Shown: one piece after another, positions 52,616 to 63,570 of the stretch
Position numbering within the stretch: the stretch's first letter is position 1
How the letters are laid out: the number at the start of each line of letters is the position of its first letter
Origin: an uncultured Methanoregulaceae archaeon
GTDB lineage: Archaea; Halobacteriota; Methanomicrobia; Methanomicrobiales; Methanospirillaceae
DNA: 64,000 bases
Direction: 5' to 3'
Assembly (NCBI GenBank): GCA_963737635.1
Contig: CAVTTL010000001.1
Coordinates: 1,152,001 to 1,216,000 of the forward strand
Made by a program: the position numbers and the translations under genes
Notes under the pieces: model-generated
Told to the model about the DNA's origin: nothing
Seen by the model: only the letters and a program-made list of their open reading frames with translations
Database searches by the model: none

Positions 52616-53911
52616 CTAGGAGGAGGAAATCCGGTACTCCCCTTTTGGGACGAGGATCTCAAACCGTACGCCAGCACCCGGCGGCCCGGTCTCCGTTATA
52701 CTAATTCCGGTGGTTTCGAGGATCTCCCGGATCAAAAAAAGACCAAGTCCGGTATTACGCCCGAAACTCCGGAGGAAGATCTTCTCTTTTTCCAATGGCG
52801 GGATCCCACAACCGTTATCGGTATAAGAGATCACAAGCCCGTTCTCCGTTTCAGCTGCGGAAAAGGATATTTTTGTTAGATGACCGCCATGCCGAAGGGA
52901 ATTTTCCATAAGATTATAGTAGACTTTGCCTATCAGTGGATCAGCATAGATCGAAACACCGGTCTTCCCAGGGTCAAGGATGACACCCTCAAGGGGCAAC
53001 TGGCGTGCCTCTCCGAGAATACCTTGCTGTACATCGAACCAGCCTGCGTTTGCAGTTCCCAGTTCCTCATAGTATCGGGTAAACTCAATCTGTCGTTCTA
53101 TGGCGTCACTGCAGACTTTCAGTTTGCACATGTGACTCTGTAGCGACGGATCATCCGGGGCTTCGTTTTTTACCAGTTGCAAAAATCCGGCCAATCCTGT
53201 CAACTGGTTCTTGATATCGTGGCGGGTGATAGTTGAGAGAATGGAGAGTTTTTTATTGGTCTTCTGGAGGGCATCCTCCGCCAGCTTGCGGTCGTGGATG
53301 TCAACAAACATCGGAATGAAATAGAGAGGAGCGCTGTCTTCACTACGGATAAGACGGACTGACTGGCGCACCCAGATTCTATCCCCATTTTTCCGTACCA
53401 GATGCAGATCGCGTTCATCCACGTCAGCAGCGCCACTTTTGAGATCTTTTGCACAAGCGCTGATCTGGTCCATCTCCTCAGGGGTAACGATTGAGGTAAT
53501 TGATAGGGAAAGAAGCTCGTCCGGGGTGTATCCGGTGATTGTGCACAGGGCGTTATTTACCCGGGAAAACCGGAGATCGGGTGAAAGGATTGCCGCTCCC
53601 ACCGGGGATTGATCAAAGGTTCTCCTCAGCTTCTCTTCACCCTCGCGTAACTCTATCTCCATGTCATGTCGCCTCTCCACCTCTGCGGAGAGCAGTGTGG
53701 CGGTCTCATAATAGGAATTGAGGGGAAAATAGGCAATGATGACTGCAAGACCGCTGGTAAAGAGGCTGGTGATCAGGTTTGAACGCCAGTCAGGTGGGTA
53801 CGGATTGAGGAACTGGCTCGCAAATTCGAATACAGTCATCACAGCGAATGTGACAAGGAAGATAAGAAAGAGCCTCTGATCGAACGGTGTATGATCTTCC
53901 CCTTTTTCCAT
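52616..53911 (-). CDS. Two-TM PAS histidine kinase
   Basis: TRHDIKNQL, NLMENSLRHG, DNGCGI, TGLGLFL. Confidence 0.92.
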   Translation of the reverse strand: MEKGEDHTPFDQRLFLIFLVTFAVMTVFEFASQFLNPYPPDWRSNLITSLFTSGLAVIIAYFPLNSYYETATLLSAEVERRHDMEIELREGEEKLRRTFDQSPVGAAILSPDLRFSRVNNALCTITGYTPDELLSLSITSIVTPEEMDQISACAKDLKSGAADVDERDLHLVRKNGDRIWVRQSVRLIRSEDSAPLYFIPMFVDIHDRKLAEDALQKTNKKLSILSTITRHDIKNQLTGLAGFLQLVKNEAPDDPSLQSHMCKLKVCSDAIERQIEFTRYYEELGTANAGWFDVQQGILGEARQLPLEGVILDPGKTGVSIYADPLIGKVYYNLMENSLRHGGHLTKISFSAAETENGLVISYTDNGCGIPPLEKEKIFLRSFGRNTGLGLFLIREILETTGISITETGPPGAGVRFEILVPKGEYRISSS

Positions 53912-54078
53912 TGTGGTATATTTATAAAATTTGATCCGTTAAAACCTTCGCCCACAGTCAAACTTGAACTGCGGCGCAGGGTACACAAGAAAAGCCCCGC
54001 CGTACAGTTGATGCAACTGCCATAAGATCTTCGCCTCAGAACGTTTCCCTTTTTTGGGGCGGCATCCCGGGTTGCCGT

Positions 54079-54846
54079 TCACTCCTTCTCGCCTTCTGCG
54101 ATCCGGTCTACTGCAAGTTCACAGTAATGCGGATCGATCTCGATTCCGATCGCCCTGCGGTTGCACCGCGAGGCGGCAAGAAGCGTGCTCCCGCTCCCCA
54201 TGAACGGGTCGAGCACGGTATCACCAACAAAGGAGAAAAGTTTCATGCAGCGCAGCGGAAGTTCGACGGGAAACGGGGCCGGGTGGCCGATCCTGGTCTT
54301 GCGCTCGCCATTAAAAGTCCACAGGCCATTGGTCCAGTCCTTGAATTCATCCGGCCTGATATCGGATTGCCGTGAGCCGCTTGTCTTTTTCCATACATCC
54401 CGGTACAAAACTACGATCAGCTCAACAGGAGCGATCACGTATGGCGCAGAGGCGCTCGCCCATGAGCCCCAGGCGGTACGGCGCGAGATATTGCCTTCGT
54501 TCCAGATAATGGTGGAATGATATGAAAACCCGCATTCTTTTGCTATCTCGGTGAGATCGGCACCAACACTCTGCTGGCCTCCCTTATTTTTGTCAAGCGG
54601 GATATTGAGGCAGAACCTGCCGTCGTTTCGCAGCCAGCAGTAACAGCGCTTCATCCAGCGCTTCGAGAAAGCGAGGTACTCATCATACGTGAGCCTGTCG
54701 TCGTGGGAATTATAACTGATATCGACATTATACGGTGGGGACGTAACCACGAGATCGATTTCCTGTGCCGGAATTGCATGAGTGGTAAAGATATCCTCGT
54801 TAATTATAGTGAGTTTTTCTGTCCGGAAAAATGCGTTCTGTCCCAT
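54079..54846 (-). CDS. Beta-class amino-DNA methyltransferase (probably m4C)
   Basis: TSPPY precedes HPAPFP and DPFMGSGST. Confidence 0.92.
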   Translation of the reverse strand: MGQNAFFRTEKLTIINEDIFTTHAIPAQEIDLVVTSPPYNVDISYNSHDDRLTYDEYLAFSKRWMKRCYCWLRNDGRFCLNIPLDKNKGGQQSVGADLTEIAKECGFSYHSTIIWNEGNISRRTAWGSWASASAPYVIAPVELIVVLYRDVWKKTSGSRQSDIRPDEFKDWTNGLWTFNGERKTRIGHPAPFPVELPLRCMKLFSFVGDTVLDPFMGSGSTLLAASRCNRRAIGIEIDPHYCELAVDRIAEGEKE

Positions 54847-54952
54847 GCGTTCCTTTTCCCTGCAGAAGCGTTGATCGTTGTACCTAAAGTAGTTCCCGGC
54901 CCGCGGCACCGGGATTTTTACCCTTAAAAGCTCCAATACTCCTCCATGCGCA

Positions 54953-55444
54953 ATGCTTCCGGCCCGGCCTTTCACGTACCGCCCGATCGGGACCATCCAC
55001 TCCCCCTTTACCGATATTGCAGGTATGCCTATTCAGCCTACCGGGGCCCGGGGTGTGCAGGGAACTATAGAACTCGATCCCGAGTTCTGCGAAGGGCTTG
55101 CTGACCTTGATGGTTTTTCCCGTATTATCCTGCTCTATGCCTTGCACCGGTGTACGGGGTATTCCCTTATGGTCACGCCGTTTCTTGATTCCACCCCGCG
55201 AGGCGTCTTTGCGACCCGGTCACCGAAACGCCCCAACGCGATCGGTCTTTCGGTTGTGAGGCTCTCCGGTATTGACAGGTGCGTTCTTTCTATCGAGGAT
55301 ATTGATATCCTCGACGGCACCCCGCTCCTGGACATTAAACCCTATGTATCCGGATTCGATGCGTATCCCGGTGAGCGCGGTGGCTGGCTTGAACATGTCG
55401 CACACAACGCCCGGTACAAGCGCGCCGACGACCGGTTCGGATAA
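54953..55444 (+). CDS. tsaA: tRNA t6A37 N6-methyltransferase TsaA/TrmO
   Basis: PIG.IHSPF, GVFATRSPKRPNAIGLS, DILDGTPLLDIKPY. Confidence 0.94.
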   Translation: MLPARPFTYRPIGTIHSPFTDIAGMPIQPTGARGVQGTIELDPEFCEGLADLDGFSRIILLYALHRCTGYSLMVTPFLDSTPRGVFATRSPKRPNAIGLSVVRLSGIDRCVLSIEDIDILDGTPLLDIKPYVSGFDAYPGERGGWLEHVAHNARYKRADDRFG

Positions 55445-55502
55445 ACGTCGCAGTTTTGCGTAGAACTCTTAATAGCCTTTTGTGCCTGATGGTAGATCTG
55501 GC

Positions 55503-55997
55503 ATGACAGAAAACGAGTCTTTCCGGGGTATCCCCGGTATTCTTCGCCCATTCAAGGAATACATCAAAAGCCTCAACCTCAACGAAGGTGACATGGTTGT
55601 CTACTACGGGTGTATCGGGACCTGCACACCTTTTGTGGAACTGCTTGCGGTTGCAATTCGGGGCCTGCACCTCCGGCAGGTATTTGTGCCCTTGCTCGAT
55701 GAGACAAAAGCGCATTTGATCCATGACGTTCCGGATATCGGCATGCAGGCCTCAGGTGAACCGGTCGCTATAACCTGCCCCCGGGTCATGGTTATCATGG
55801 GAGGGCTCGCGATGCCCCTGATGCCTGTCACCAAAGAGCAGGTTCGCGATCTCGCCGCCCAACACCGCGGGGCAAAGGTGGTCGGGGTCTGTTTTCAGGA
55901 TATGTTTGTAAGAGCTGGCTGGACCGGGACGGTGCCGTTTGATCTTGCCATCAGTGCGATGATCGATACGGTGACCGTAACCCGTCCGGAAAAGTGA
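55503..55997 (+). CDS. DUF2124-type methanogen protein
   Basis: LRPFK, GCIGTCTPFVELL, MGGLAMP, GVCFQDMF...GW. Confidence 0.85.
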   Translation: MTENESFRGIPGILRPFKEYIKSLNLNEGDMVVYYGCIGTCTPFVELLAVAIRGLHLRQVFVPLLDETKAHLIHDVPDIGMQASGEPVAITCPRVMVIMGGLAMPLMPVTKEQVRDLAAQHRGAKVVGVCFQDMFVRAGWTGTVPFDLAISAMIDTVTVTRPEK

Positions 55998-56092
55998 CTT
56001 TCCGGTTTATGTAATCCCACATACGTTCCCGGTGATCCTCAGGACGTACCGGGAAGATACGTCTTTTCTCCTTTCAGGGCATACAAGTATTT

Positions 56093-59037
56093 ATGGCTTC
56101 TTTTGTCCACCGCATAGAAGTTCACTATAGCAAAGATCCCCGGGAAAAAATCCGCACGGATCGGATCCGGTCAGTCGGGTTTTCCATCGACGCACTGCAG
56201 TTCGTTGATGTTTATACCCTAGTAACCGTTAGCCGGGACCTGAGCCCGGACTGAACTTGCTGAGATCGGTGCCCGGCTCTCCAATCCCGTGGTGCAGGAC
56301 TTTGTGGTGGATGAAGCGACCCGGCCCCTCTTCGATTACGCTATCGAAGTTGGGTTTTTACCCGGTGTGACCGATAACGTGGGTACAACCGCCCGCCAGA
56401 CCGTTGAGGACTATCTCGGGGTGCCTTTTTGTGAGGGCGAGATGGTGGCTTCATCGGTCACTGTATCTTATTCGTGGCAGACTTGCGCCTGACGCACTTT
56501 CACAGACTTGCCTCGACACTTGCAAACCCGCTGATCAACCGGGTGAGCACCAAGACTAGGCAGGAGTATGGGGAAACGGGGATGAATCGGGTCGTCCCTC
56601 AGGTCAGGCTCCATGAAATCCCGGCTGCGGGCGACGTCGATCTTGCCATCCCGGCTGCGGAGCTTGCCCGGTTGGGAAAGGAAGGGATTTCCGATCTACG
56701 GACCGGCCAGCGCCGGGGGCCGCTCGCGCTCGATCTTGATCAGCTCCATACGATCCGCGATTATTTTGACCGGGCAGGACGAAAGCCGACTGATGTGGAA
56801 CTTGAATCCCTTGCACAGACGTGGAGCGAGCACTGCAAGCACACGATCTTTGCTTCTCCCATGGATGATGACATCCCAAAAGGCCTTTATAAGACCTTCA
56901 TACAGGCGGCGACAAATGAGATCCGGGCTGAGAAGGGTGAGCGCGATATCTGCATCACGGTTTTTACCGATAACTCCGGCGCAATTATCTTTGACGATCA
57001 GTACCTCGTGACCCACAAAGTCGAGACCCACAACTCTCCCTCTGCCCTTGACCCATTCGGCGGAGCGCTCACCGGGATCGTCGGCGTGAACCGCGATACG
57101 ATTGGTTTTGGCCTCGGCGCAAAACCCTGCATCAATGTCTATGGTTTCTGTGTCGGTGATCCGGCGACAGGCCAGAAACTGTACCGGGGCAGGGACCGTG
57201 CAAATCCCATTTTCTCCCCCCGGCACGTCCTCGATGGCGTTGTGCGGGGTGTGGGAGTAGGTGGCAACTGTTCAGGCATCCCGACCCCACAGGGCTTCTG
57301 CTGGTTCGACAACCGCTACACGGGAAAACCACTTGTCTTTGCAGGTACTGTGGGTGTCATGCCCCGGGTGCACAATGGCAGAAACCTTTTTGAGAAAAAA
57401 GCGGAACCCGGTGACCTTATCGTGATGGTTGGCGGGCGGGTGGGAAAAGACGGCATTCATGGCGCCACATTCTCTTCCGAGGCCCTTGACCCGGAGAGCC
57501 CGGTTACTGCCGTGCAGATTGGCGACCCGATTACCCAGAAGAAATTCTCGGATGTCCTTGTCAAGGAAGCGCGGGACCTCGGCCTTTACCGGAGCATCAC
57601 AGACAATGGCGCCGGGGGCCTGTCCTGCTCAGTTGCTGAGATGGCAAAAGAGTGCAACGGCTGCCATGTGGAGCTCGGCCGGGTCCCCCTGAAATACCCG
57701 GGTATGGCCCCGTGGGAGATCTGGATCTCAGAATCGCAGGAGCGCATGACGCTTGCCGTGCCACCTGAAAAGATCGAAGCATTCACCAGCCTTCTTGCGC
57801 TCCGGGACGTCGAGGCGACGGTGATAGGGCAGTTTACGGATACAGGGAGGTGCGTGGTGGAATACGATGGCAGGATCGTGATGGACATCGAGCTCGCGTT
57901 CCTGCATGACGGCCTGCCCCGGAAACAGCTCACAACAACACCGGTAAAGACGGAGAATCCCGGCCCAGTTCCGGTGTGCCCGGCCCGGCTCGATGATACC
58001 CTGATCGCAATGCTCGGGAGCAGGAACATCTGTTCCACTGAATTTGTCTCTATCCAGTATGACCATACCGTGCAGGGAGGCCACGTGCTTGGACCAGTGC
58101 AGGGAAAGGGCCGGGTGCAATCGGTGGCGACGCTCACCAAAGTCGTGCAAAGCTCCCATAAAGGCGTCGGGCTCTCCCAGGCACTTTTCCCTGCATACTC
58201 TGAGATCGATCCGTACTGTATGGCCGGGGCCGCCATCGATACGGCGATCCGGGGGCTTGTGTCTATCGGTGTTTCTACCGATTTCATCGCGCTCCTTGAC
58301 AATTTCTGCTGGTGTTCTTCTGATGAGCCGGGGCGGCTCTGGCAGCTCAAGCAGGCCGCGAAAGGATGCTACGATTACGCTAAAGCCTTCGGGACACCCT
58401 TCATCTCCGGAAAAGACAGCATGTTCAATGATTTCTCGGGATATGACGGGGAAAACAACCGGGTTAAGATTTCTGTCCCTCCTACACTGCTGATCTCATC
58501 TATCGGCATTCATAAAGATGTTGCAAAGGCAGTCTCACTTGATGCAAAAGGAGCAGGAGATCTCGTTTATGTGATCGGGGAAACGAAGGAAGAGCTTGGT
58601 GGTTCGGAATATTATGCTCATCTCGGCACTTCCGGGAGCACTGTTCCCCGGCTTGACGCAGCGGCAGCACGGGCGCGCTATCTCAGACTTTCTGATGCGA
58701 TCGCCCACGAACTGGTCGCTTCGGCATATCCGGTCAACCACGGGGGGTTAGGAGTGGCGCTTGCAAAGGCGGCGATTGCCGGCCGGCTCGGCATGGACCT
58801 CACCATTCCCGGCACCCTGCGCCCGGACTTTTTCCTCTTCTCCGAAACGCTTGGACGATTTGTCGTGACGGTGGCGCCGGACCACAAGCGGGCATTCGAA
58901 CGGACCGCTGGGACCGATGCACTGCTGCTGGGAAAAACCGGGGAAGCCGGTTCCGGATCACCGGGCAGGCGCTCCTCGCGGATCAGGAGATTGCAAAACT
59001 GGAAGAGGCTTACAAAGCGCCTTTCAGGGGGTTCTGA
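56093..59037 (+). CDS. purL: Phosphoribosylformylglycinamidine synthase PurL, long form (frameshifts at 56180-56480 and near 58950)
   Basis: MASFVHRIEV start; EVGFLPGVTDN, QTWSEHCKH, KVETHNSPS, DGIHGATFSS, SESQERM, ISGKDS; natural end LEEAYKAPFRGF*. Confidence 0.9.
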
Positions 59038-59038
59038 T

Positions 59039-59857
59039 ATGCCATCTTCATCTACCCTCATCCCGGAGAAAGCCATTGTCATGAGCGGGTACGGCATCAA
59101 CTCCGAGATGGAAACACGGGAGGCATTGCTCCGGGCCGGCATGGACGCAGATATCGTCCATATCAATGACCTGATAGCAGGACGACAGCATCTGGCTGAT
59201 TACCGGCTCTTAGTGTTTCCCGGAGGCTTTTCCTATGGAGATGATACCGGTGCCGGAAACGCGTATGCAAACCGGGTAAGAAACAACCTTTGGGAAGAAC
59301 TGTTGGAATTTTTGGATGGTGATAATCTCGTACTTGGGATCTGCAACGGCTTCCAGATCCTTGCAAACCTCGGTCTTGTCCCTGCCTTTGACCGGTCCTG
59401 CTCCCGTGATATTGCCCTGATGCCCAACCGGAGCGGGCGGCTCGAGTGCCGGTTTGTGACGATCCGTCCCGCCACCGACACGATCTGGACGCATGGGATT
59501 GTCAGACTCTGCTGCCCGGTATCCCACGGCGAAGGGAACCTTTCCTGCTCAGCGGAAACTCTCCAGCGGATCAAAAAACACCGGCAGGTTGCGTTTACCT
59601 ATTGCCGGGAGGACATGAGCCCTGCCTGCGGAGAATACCCTTTTAATCCAAATGGATCAGTCGAGGACATTGCCGGTCTCACATCGACTGATGGGAAAGT
59701 CTTGGGCATGATGCCGCACCCCGAACGGGCAATCGAATTTACTAACCTCTATGACTGGCCGCTTCTCAAAGAACAAATGCGGCGAAGCGGGGAACGGGTC
59801 CCGGAAGAATCGCTCAACATGGTAATATTCAGAAATATCGTGGAATATTTCGCCTGA
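59039..59857 (+). CDS. purQ: FGAM synthase glutaminase subunit PurQ
   Basis: GYGINSE.ET, PGGFSYGD, GICNGFQ, SHGEG, GMMPHPER. Confidence 0.93.
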   Translation: MPSSSTLIPEKAIVMSGYGINSEMETREALLRAGMDADIVHINDLIAGRQHLADYRLLVFPGGFSYGDDTGAGNAYANRVRNNLWEELLEFLDGDNLVLGICNGFQILANLGLVPAFDRSCSRDIALMPNRSGRLECRFVTIRPATDTIWTHGIVRLCCPVSHGEGNLSCSAETLQRIKKHRQVAFTYCREDMSPACGEYPFNPNGSVEDIAGLTSTDGKVLGMMPHPERAIEFTNLYDWPLLKEQMRRSGERVPEESLNMVIFRNIVEYFA

Positions 59858-59918
59858 ACTGGTGGGATTCCTCAAGCAGCGAAATCGGAGACAAGAAGCG
59901 CGCCACAGGAGCCTGCGT

Positions 59919-60653
59919 TCACTTCAAAAATTTGAACATTCCGCCTTTTTTTCCCTGTTTACCTTTGCGTCCGGGTCCCCCGCTCTCCGCAGGATCGGAA
60001 CGGGCACGGCGTTCGGCGTCCTGCTTTAATTCTTCAGCAACAAGTGGCAGGTGGGAATACTTTTTCTGTGGCCCGGAGACCTTCGGCACTTGGTCCGGGA
60101 CAGGCTTTTGGATCCGTACTGTTCCCTCGCCAATAGACTGGAGGTCGGTGTGGGGTTTCTGCTGGGGCGGCTGGGGCAGAGGTGTAGATATATCATAAAC
60201 CGGATCCCCGTCGGTCCAAGGATCCCACTCAGCAGCAGGGTCGTCAGGTACCGGCAGGCGCCCTTTCCTGAGTTTTACAACGACTGGATCGGGTTCCGGT
60301 TTTGTCATGGATTGGGTGGGAGTGACACGGTTTTTTCCCGGGATCTGAGGGCCAAAGGTCGCACCGCACCGGGTACAGAATTTTGAGCGCGATGATGGTG
60401 CCGGATTGCCGCAGGAAGGGCAGACCGGTTTTGTCAGAGGTGCACCGCATTCATCGCAGAATTGAGCCTTCTTGTCCGAAACAATCGCCCCGCAGGAAGG
60501 GCAGACGGGCAGCCCTTGCGGTGTAACCGGCTCTTCGATGAGTGGCGCACCACACAGGTCGCAGAACCGCGAATTGCTATCCGGGGCAGGAGCGCCGCAG
60601 TTTCCGCATTTTCTGGTCATGTACTTCTTAGTGAGTACCTGCGTCTTTGGCAT
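59919..60653 (-). CDS. Triple zinc-ribbon protein
   Basis: Three CxxCG...FCxxCG units followed by a P/K-rich tail. Confidence 0.85.
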   Translation of the reverse strand: MPKTQVLTKKYMTRKCGNCGAPAPDSNSRFCDLCGAPLIEEPVTPQGLPVCPSCGAIVSDKKAQFCDECGAPLTKPVCPSCGNPAPSSRSKFCTRCGATFGPQIPGKNRVTPTQSMTKPEPDPVVVKLRKGRLPVPDDPAAEWDPWTDGDPVYDISTPLPQPPQQKPHTDLQSIGEGTVRIQKPVPDQVPKVSGPQKKYSHLPLVAEELKQDAERRARSDPAESGGPGRKGKQGKKGGMFKFLK

Positions 60654-60873
60654 AAATACTGCGGTTTCGACGTTAACAGGAGGCTGTCGGACTAGATTTC
60701 ATGCTGAAATAACCCTTATTCAAAATCGTAGCTCATAGTTAATATAAATCAGCCGGAGGTTTATACAACATATTCTGTCAGAAATGCCCTGCATTATTCT
60801 AAAGACATTTGCCTTGATCAACGGCCCGAGGAAAATGGATCTCTTTTTCCTGTTTAGGAGTCCATATACGGAT

Positions 60874-61185
60874 ATGGCACCAGTACCGGATGATGAGTTG
60901 ATCCGGGAATACCCGGATATCCTGCAGGTACACGAAGTTGTTGGACTCTATACGATAACGGTCAGGGATGTAGAAGTTCCGCTCAAAATCAAGATCATGC
61001 GATCAGGGAGCGAATATTGGGGGATTGCAAACCTTGCCGTGCGGGAGAAGGGAGCGAAGGAATATTACCGGGATACAGGTATCTATTCTTCAAAGGAAGC
61101 CGCACTACATGGAGCTGTAACTGGATTTTTCCGGTATTTGACTCCGGGAGCCTCGATACGTGAGATCAAGAACTGGGGAATCTGA
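60874..61185 (+). CDS. Hypothetical protein
   Basis: Protein-like ORF filling the gap; start uncertain. Confidence 0.65.
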   Translation: MAPVPDDELIREYPDILQVHEVVGLYTITVRDVEVPLKIKIMRSGSEYWGIANLAVREKGAKEYYRDTGIYSSKEAALHGAVTGFFRYLTPGASIREIKNWGI

Positions 61186-61251
61186 AGCGGACACGATCTC
61201 TTTTCTTCTATCCGTGGCTCGTTGCGTTTTGGAAAATCAGTTTAAAAAAAG

Positions 61252-62178
61252 TTAGATGTAGGGGGTCCGGAGAGACCTGCCAATACCAAAGGTCTTGCGG
61301 GCTTCGACCGTGTTCTTGTTCTTCGTGATCTTCTCGTTTGCGAGCTTGGTCACGAGTTCAAGGCCGGGCTTGACCTTCTCGATAGGCTGGATCTCAAAGA
61401 GACCTGCTTCCATTGCTTTTGCCCAGACTGCTTCACCGATCTTTGACCTGACAAAGACCGTGGACCAGCCATCGGGGCTGCCAACGGAACCGGTGGAGAT
61501 ATCGCCGAGGTTTGCAACGTAGTCAAGGCAAACGTGGCATCCGGGCTGCTCGTACTTGTGGGTCACCTTGAGCGGCAGCTGAACGACCTGTCCGCGCTTG
61601 CCGTAGACCCAAAATTTGCCCTTACCGATCTCCATCTTCTTGACCGACTCGAGCTTCATTGCAGCGTGATCTTCCACGAGCTGGAGGATGCTCTGGTACG
61701 GGAAGTTCTCCATGCAGAAGATACCGACAGCGAGTGCGACGGCAGCGCCGACATCACGTGCACCAATCGGGTAGAGCTGGAGTTTCCGGATTGCCTGCAT
61801 CTGGCAGGGGGTTCCGACGATACCGACCTTGTCAAGGCCGAAGGTACGGGTTGCTTCCTTGATCATCGATACATTCGGGCTGATATTATATTTGGTGCCA
61901 GCCGCTGCAATCAGGTCAGCCTTGGTGTGAACGATCGCGGGAATAGGTCTCCAGGGCTCGATCATATCGAAGTTCGAGTTGTCCATCATGACCTTTGACG
62001 GGTTCTTTGCTGCGAATTCCTTGCTTGCAGCGACAATTGCGCCGTCAATGATACCTGCGTCAAGTGCGTAGCCGAAGAGGGATGTAACAATACCGCCATC
62101 CTGAGCGTGCTTGAGAACCTCCTTGTCGGTGCTCCGGGCTGAAACACATGTTTTGTATTTACCGAGTTCTGCTCCCAT
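61252..62178 (-). CDS. frhB: F420-reducing hydrogenase beta subunit
   Basis: AQDGGIVT, AAGTKY, VGTPCQ, GIFCMENF, CHVCLDY, GSVGSPDGWST. Confidence 0.97.
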   Translation of the reverse strand: MGAELGKYKTCVSARSTDKEVLKHAQDGGIVTSLFGYALDAGIIDGAIVAASKEFAAKNPSKVMMDNSNFDMIEPWRPIPAIVHTKADLIAAAGTKYNISPNVSMIKEATRTFGLDKVGIVGTPCQMQAIRKLQLYPIGARDVGAAVALAVGIFCMENFPYQSILQLVEDHAAMKLESVKKMEIGKGKFWVYGKRGQVVQLPLKVTHKYEQPGCHVCLDYVANLGDISTGSVGSPDGWSTVFVRSKIGEAVWAKAMEAGLFEIQPIEKVKPGLELVTKLANEKITKNKNTVEARKTFGIGRSLRTPYI

Positions 62179-62189
62179 TTCAATCACCT

Positions 62190-63091
62190 TCACTGGAGTG
62201 CCGCCATGATGGCCTCGTTGATCGCCTCATAGTTGTCGACAACATCGAAGCTGTACCACTCCGTGGGCACTGGTTATAGCATGCTCCGCATTTTATGCAC
62301 AGGTCACGCTCGCCCTGAGGCTTGCCATATTCCATTGTGATTGCATTGACCGGGCAGGCTGATGCGCAGCTTCCACAGCCCATGCAGAGGCTCTGGTCGA
62401 TGACGTGGGTCATCAGGTCGCAGAAGCAGGCAGTCGATGAACCGCATGCAGCTCCTTGGACTGGCAGGTCCATGAGCGGCTTGAGAAATGCAGTTGCAAG
62501 ATCTTTCTGTTCCTTGGTTCCTTTAAGGAGCAGGTATGCCATGACCGCGACGTTCCTGATCATCTGGGGGGTAGGCGCACATCCGGGGATGAACACATCA
62601 ACCTTGATCAGTTCGTTGATCGGTATGAATGCCTCGTGGGCGGGCTGGTTCTGCTGGCCACCGCGGCAGAACCGCGTGATGTTGCCATAGCAGGCACATG
62701 CGCCAAGTGCCACGACAATGGTGGATTTCTCACGGGTTTCCTTGATCTCTTCTACTGCGAGTTTGTCGTTAATACAGACGGAACCCTCAACAAATGAGAC
62801 ATCGACTTTCTGGACGTGCCTGGCATCTGCAAGCGTTGGCATGTATTTCAGGTCGACGTATCTGTCGAGGAGCGTTAATAATCCGGCATAGTTGTCTGCA
62901 AGTGCCACAGTACAACCGGTGCACCCACTGACGTGAGTGTAACCTAATGTAATCTTATCAGCCACAGTCTTAACCTCCTTTTTTGTTTCTGCTGGTTTTA
63001 CTGCAACGTCAGCTGATTTTGAAGGAGCCGCAGTTGGTTTTGGCGGTTCCGGGCTGGCGTTCTTCTTGAATACATTTGATAGTAGTCCCAT
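62190..63091 (-). CDS. frhG: F420-reducing hydrogenase gamma subunit (frameshift near 62260)
   Basis: SGCTGC, GACACYGNI, IPGCAP, 2x[4Fe-4S] motifs; corrected end NYEAINEAIMAALQ*. Confidence 0.95.
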
Positions 63092-63560
63092 AATCCACTC
63101 CAATCGTTTCGAGTATTACCTGGATTGCTTTCGGAATCGCGTTTTTCACATCTTCTGAAAGCCCCATATCAACATCAGCATCTCCTTTTTTCAGAACCTT
63201 TGACGGTTGGCATATAACAACTGTTGTGTCGATCTGATCTCTGATACGACAGAGCTGGTCGACCCCATCCCATGAATGCGGGTCAATGTATGCCCCTGGC
63301 TTCAGATCCTTCCCGGAGATTCTGGATATTGATCCTGGCTTCGCATTAAAATCTGCAATATCGACGACGATAAGTTTCTTCGTTACTTCGGGATTAAGGA
63401 AATTAAAAATATAGTGCGGGGCGCCTGCGCCACCGTCCTGTATTGTTACATTGTCGGGAAGTGTAATCTTCTCCATTTCCTCAATCACCGCTGGGCCAAA
63501 CCCGTCATCGCCAAACAGGGGGTTTCCGCACCCCACTATTACGATCTCCGATTGCAGCAT
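63009..63560 (-). CDS. frhD: Hydrogenase maturation protease
   Basis: VGCGNPLFGDDGFGP, DPHSW; position in frhADGB. Confidence 0.93.
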   Translation of the reverse strand: MLQSEIVIVGCGNPLFGDDGFGPAVIEEMEKITLPDNVTIQDGGAGAPHYIFNFLNPEVTKKLIVVDIADFNAKPGSISRISGKDLKPGAYIDPHSWDGVDQLCRIRDQIDTTVVICQPSKVLKKGDADVDMGLSEDVKNAIPKAIQVILETIGVDYGTTIKCIQEERQPGTAKTNCGSFKIS

Positions 63561-63570
63561 CAGGTTACAC

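Noticed and set aside
12320-58350. Long antisense ORFs (e.g. 12320-13351, 22566-23279, 29388-30275, 37122-37850, 57586-58350)
   Set aside because: They are shadows of well-supported genes on the opposite strand and have no recognisable motifs.
56474-59857. Apparent 1127-aa PurL-PurQ fusion
   Set aside because: The junction peptide looks out of frame. An alternative frame gives a natural PurL end at TGA 59037 and a PurQ ATG at 59039.
3979-63091. More than a dozen frameshifted genes, suggesting mass pseudogenisation or programmed frameshifting
   Set aside because: The breaks also hit core genes (purL, frhG, cheW), share no slippery motif, and leave both halves intact. Assembly indel error is the simplest explanation; read polishing would settle it.
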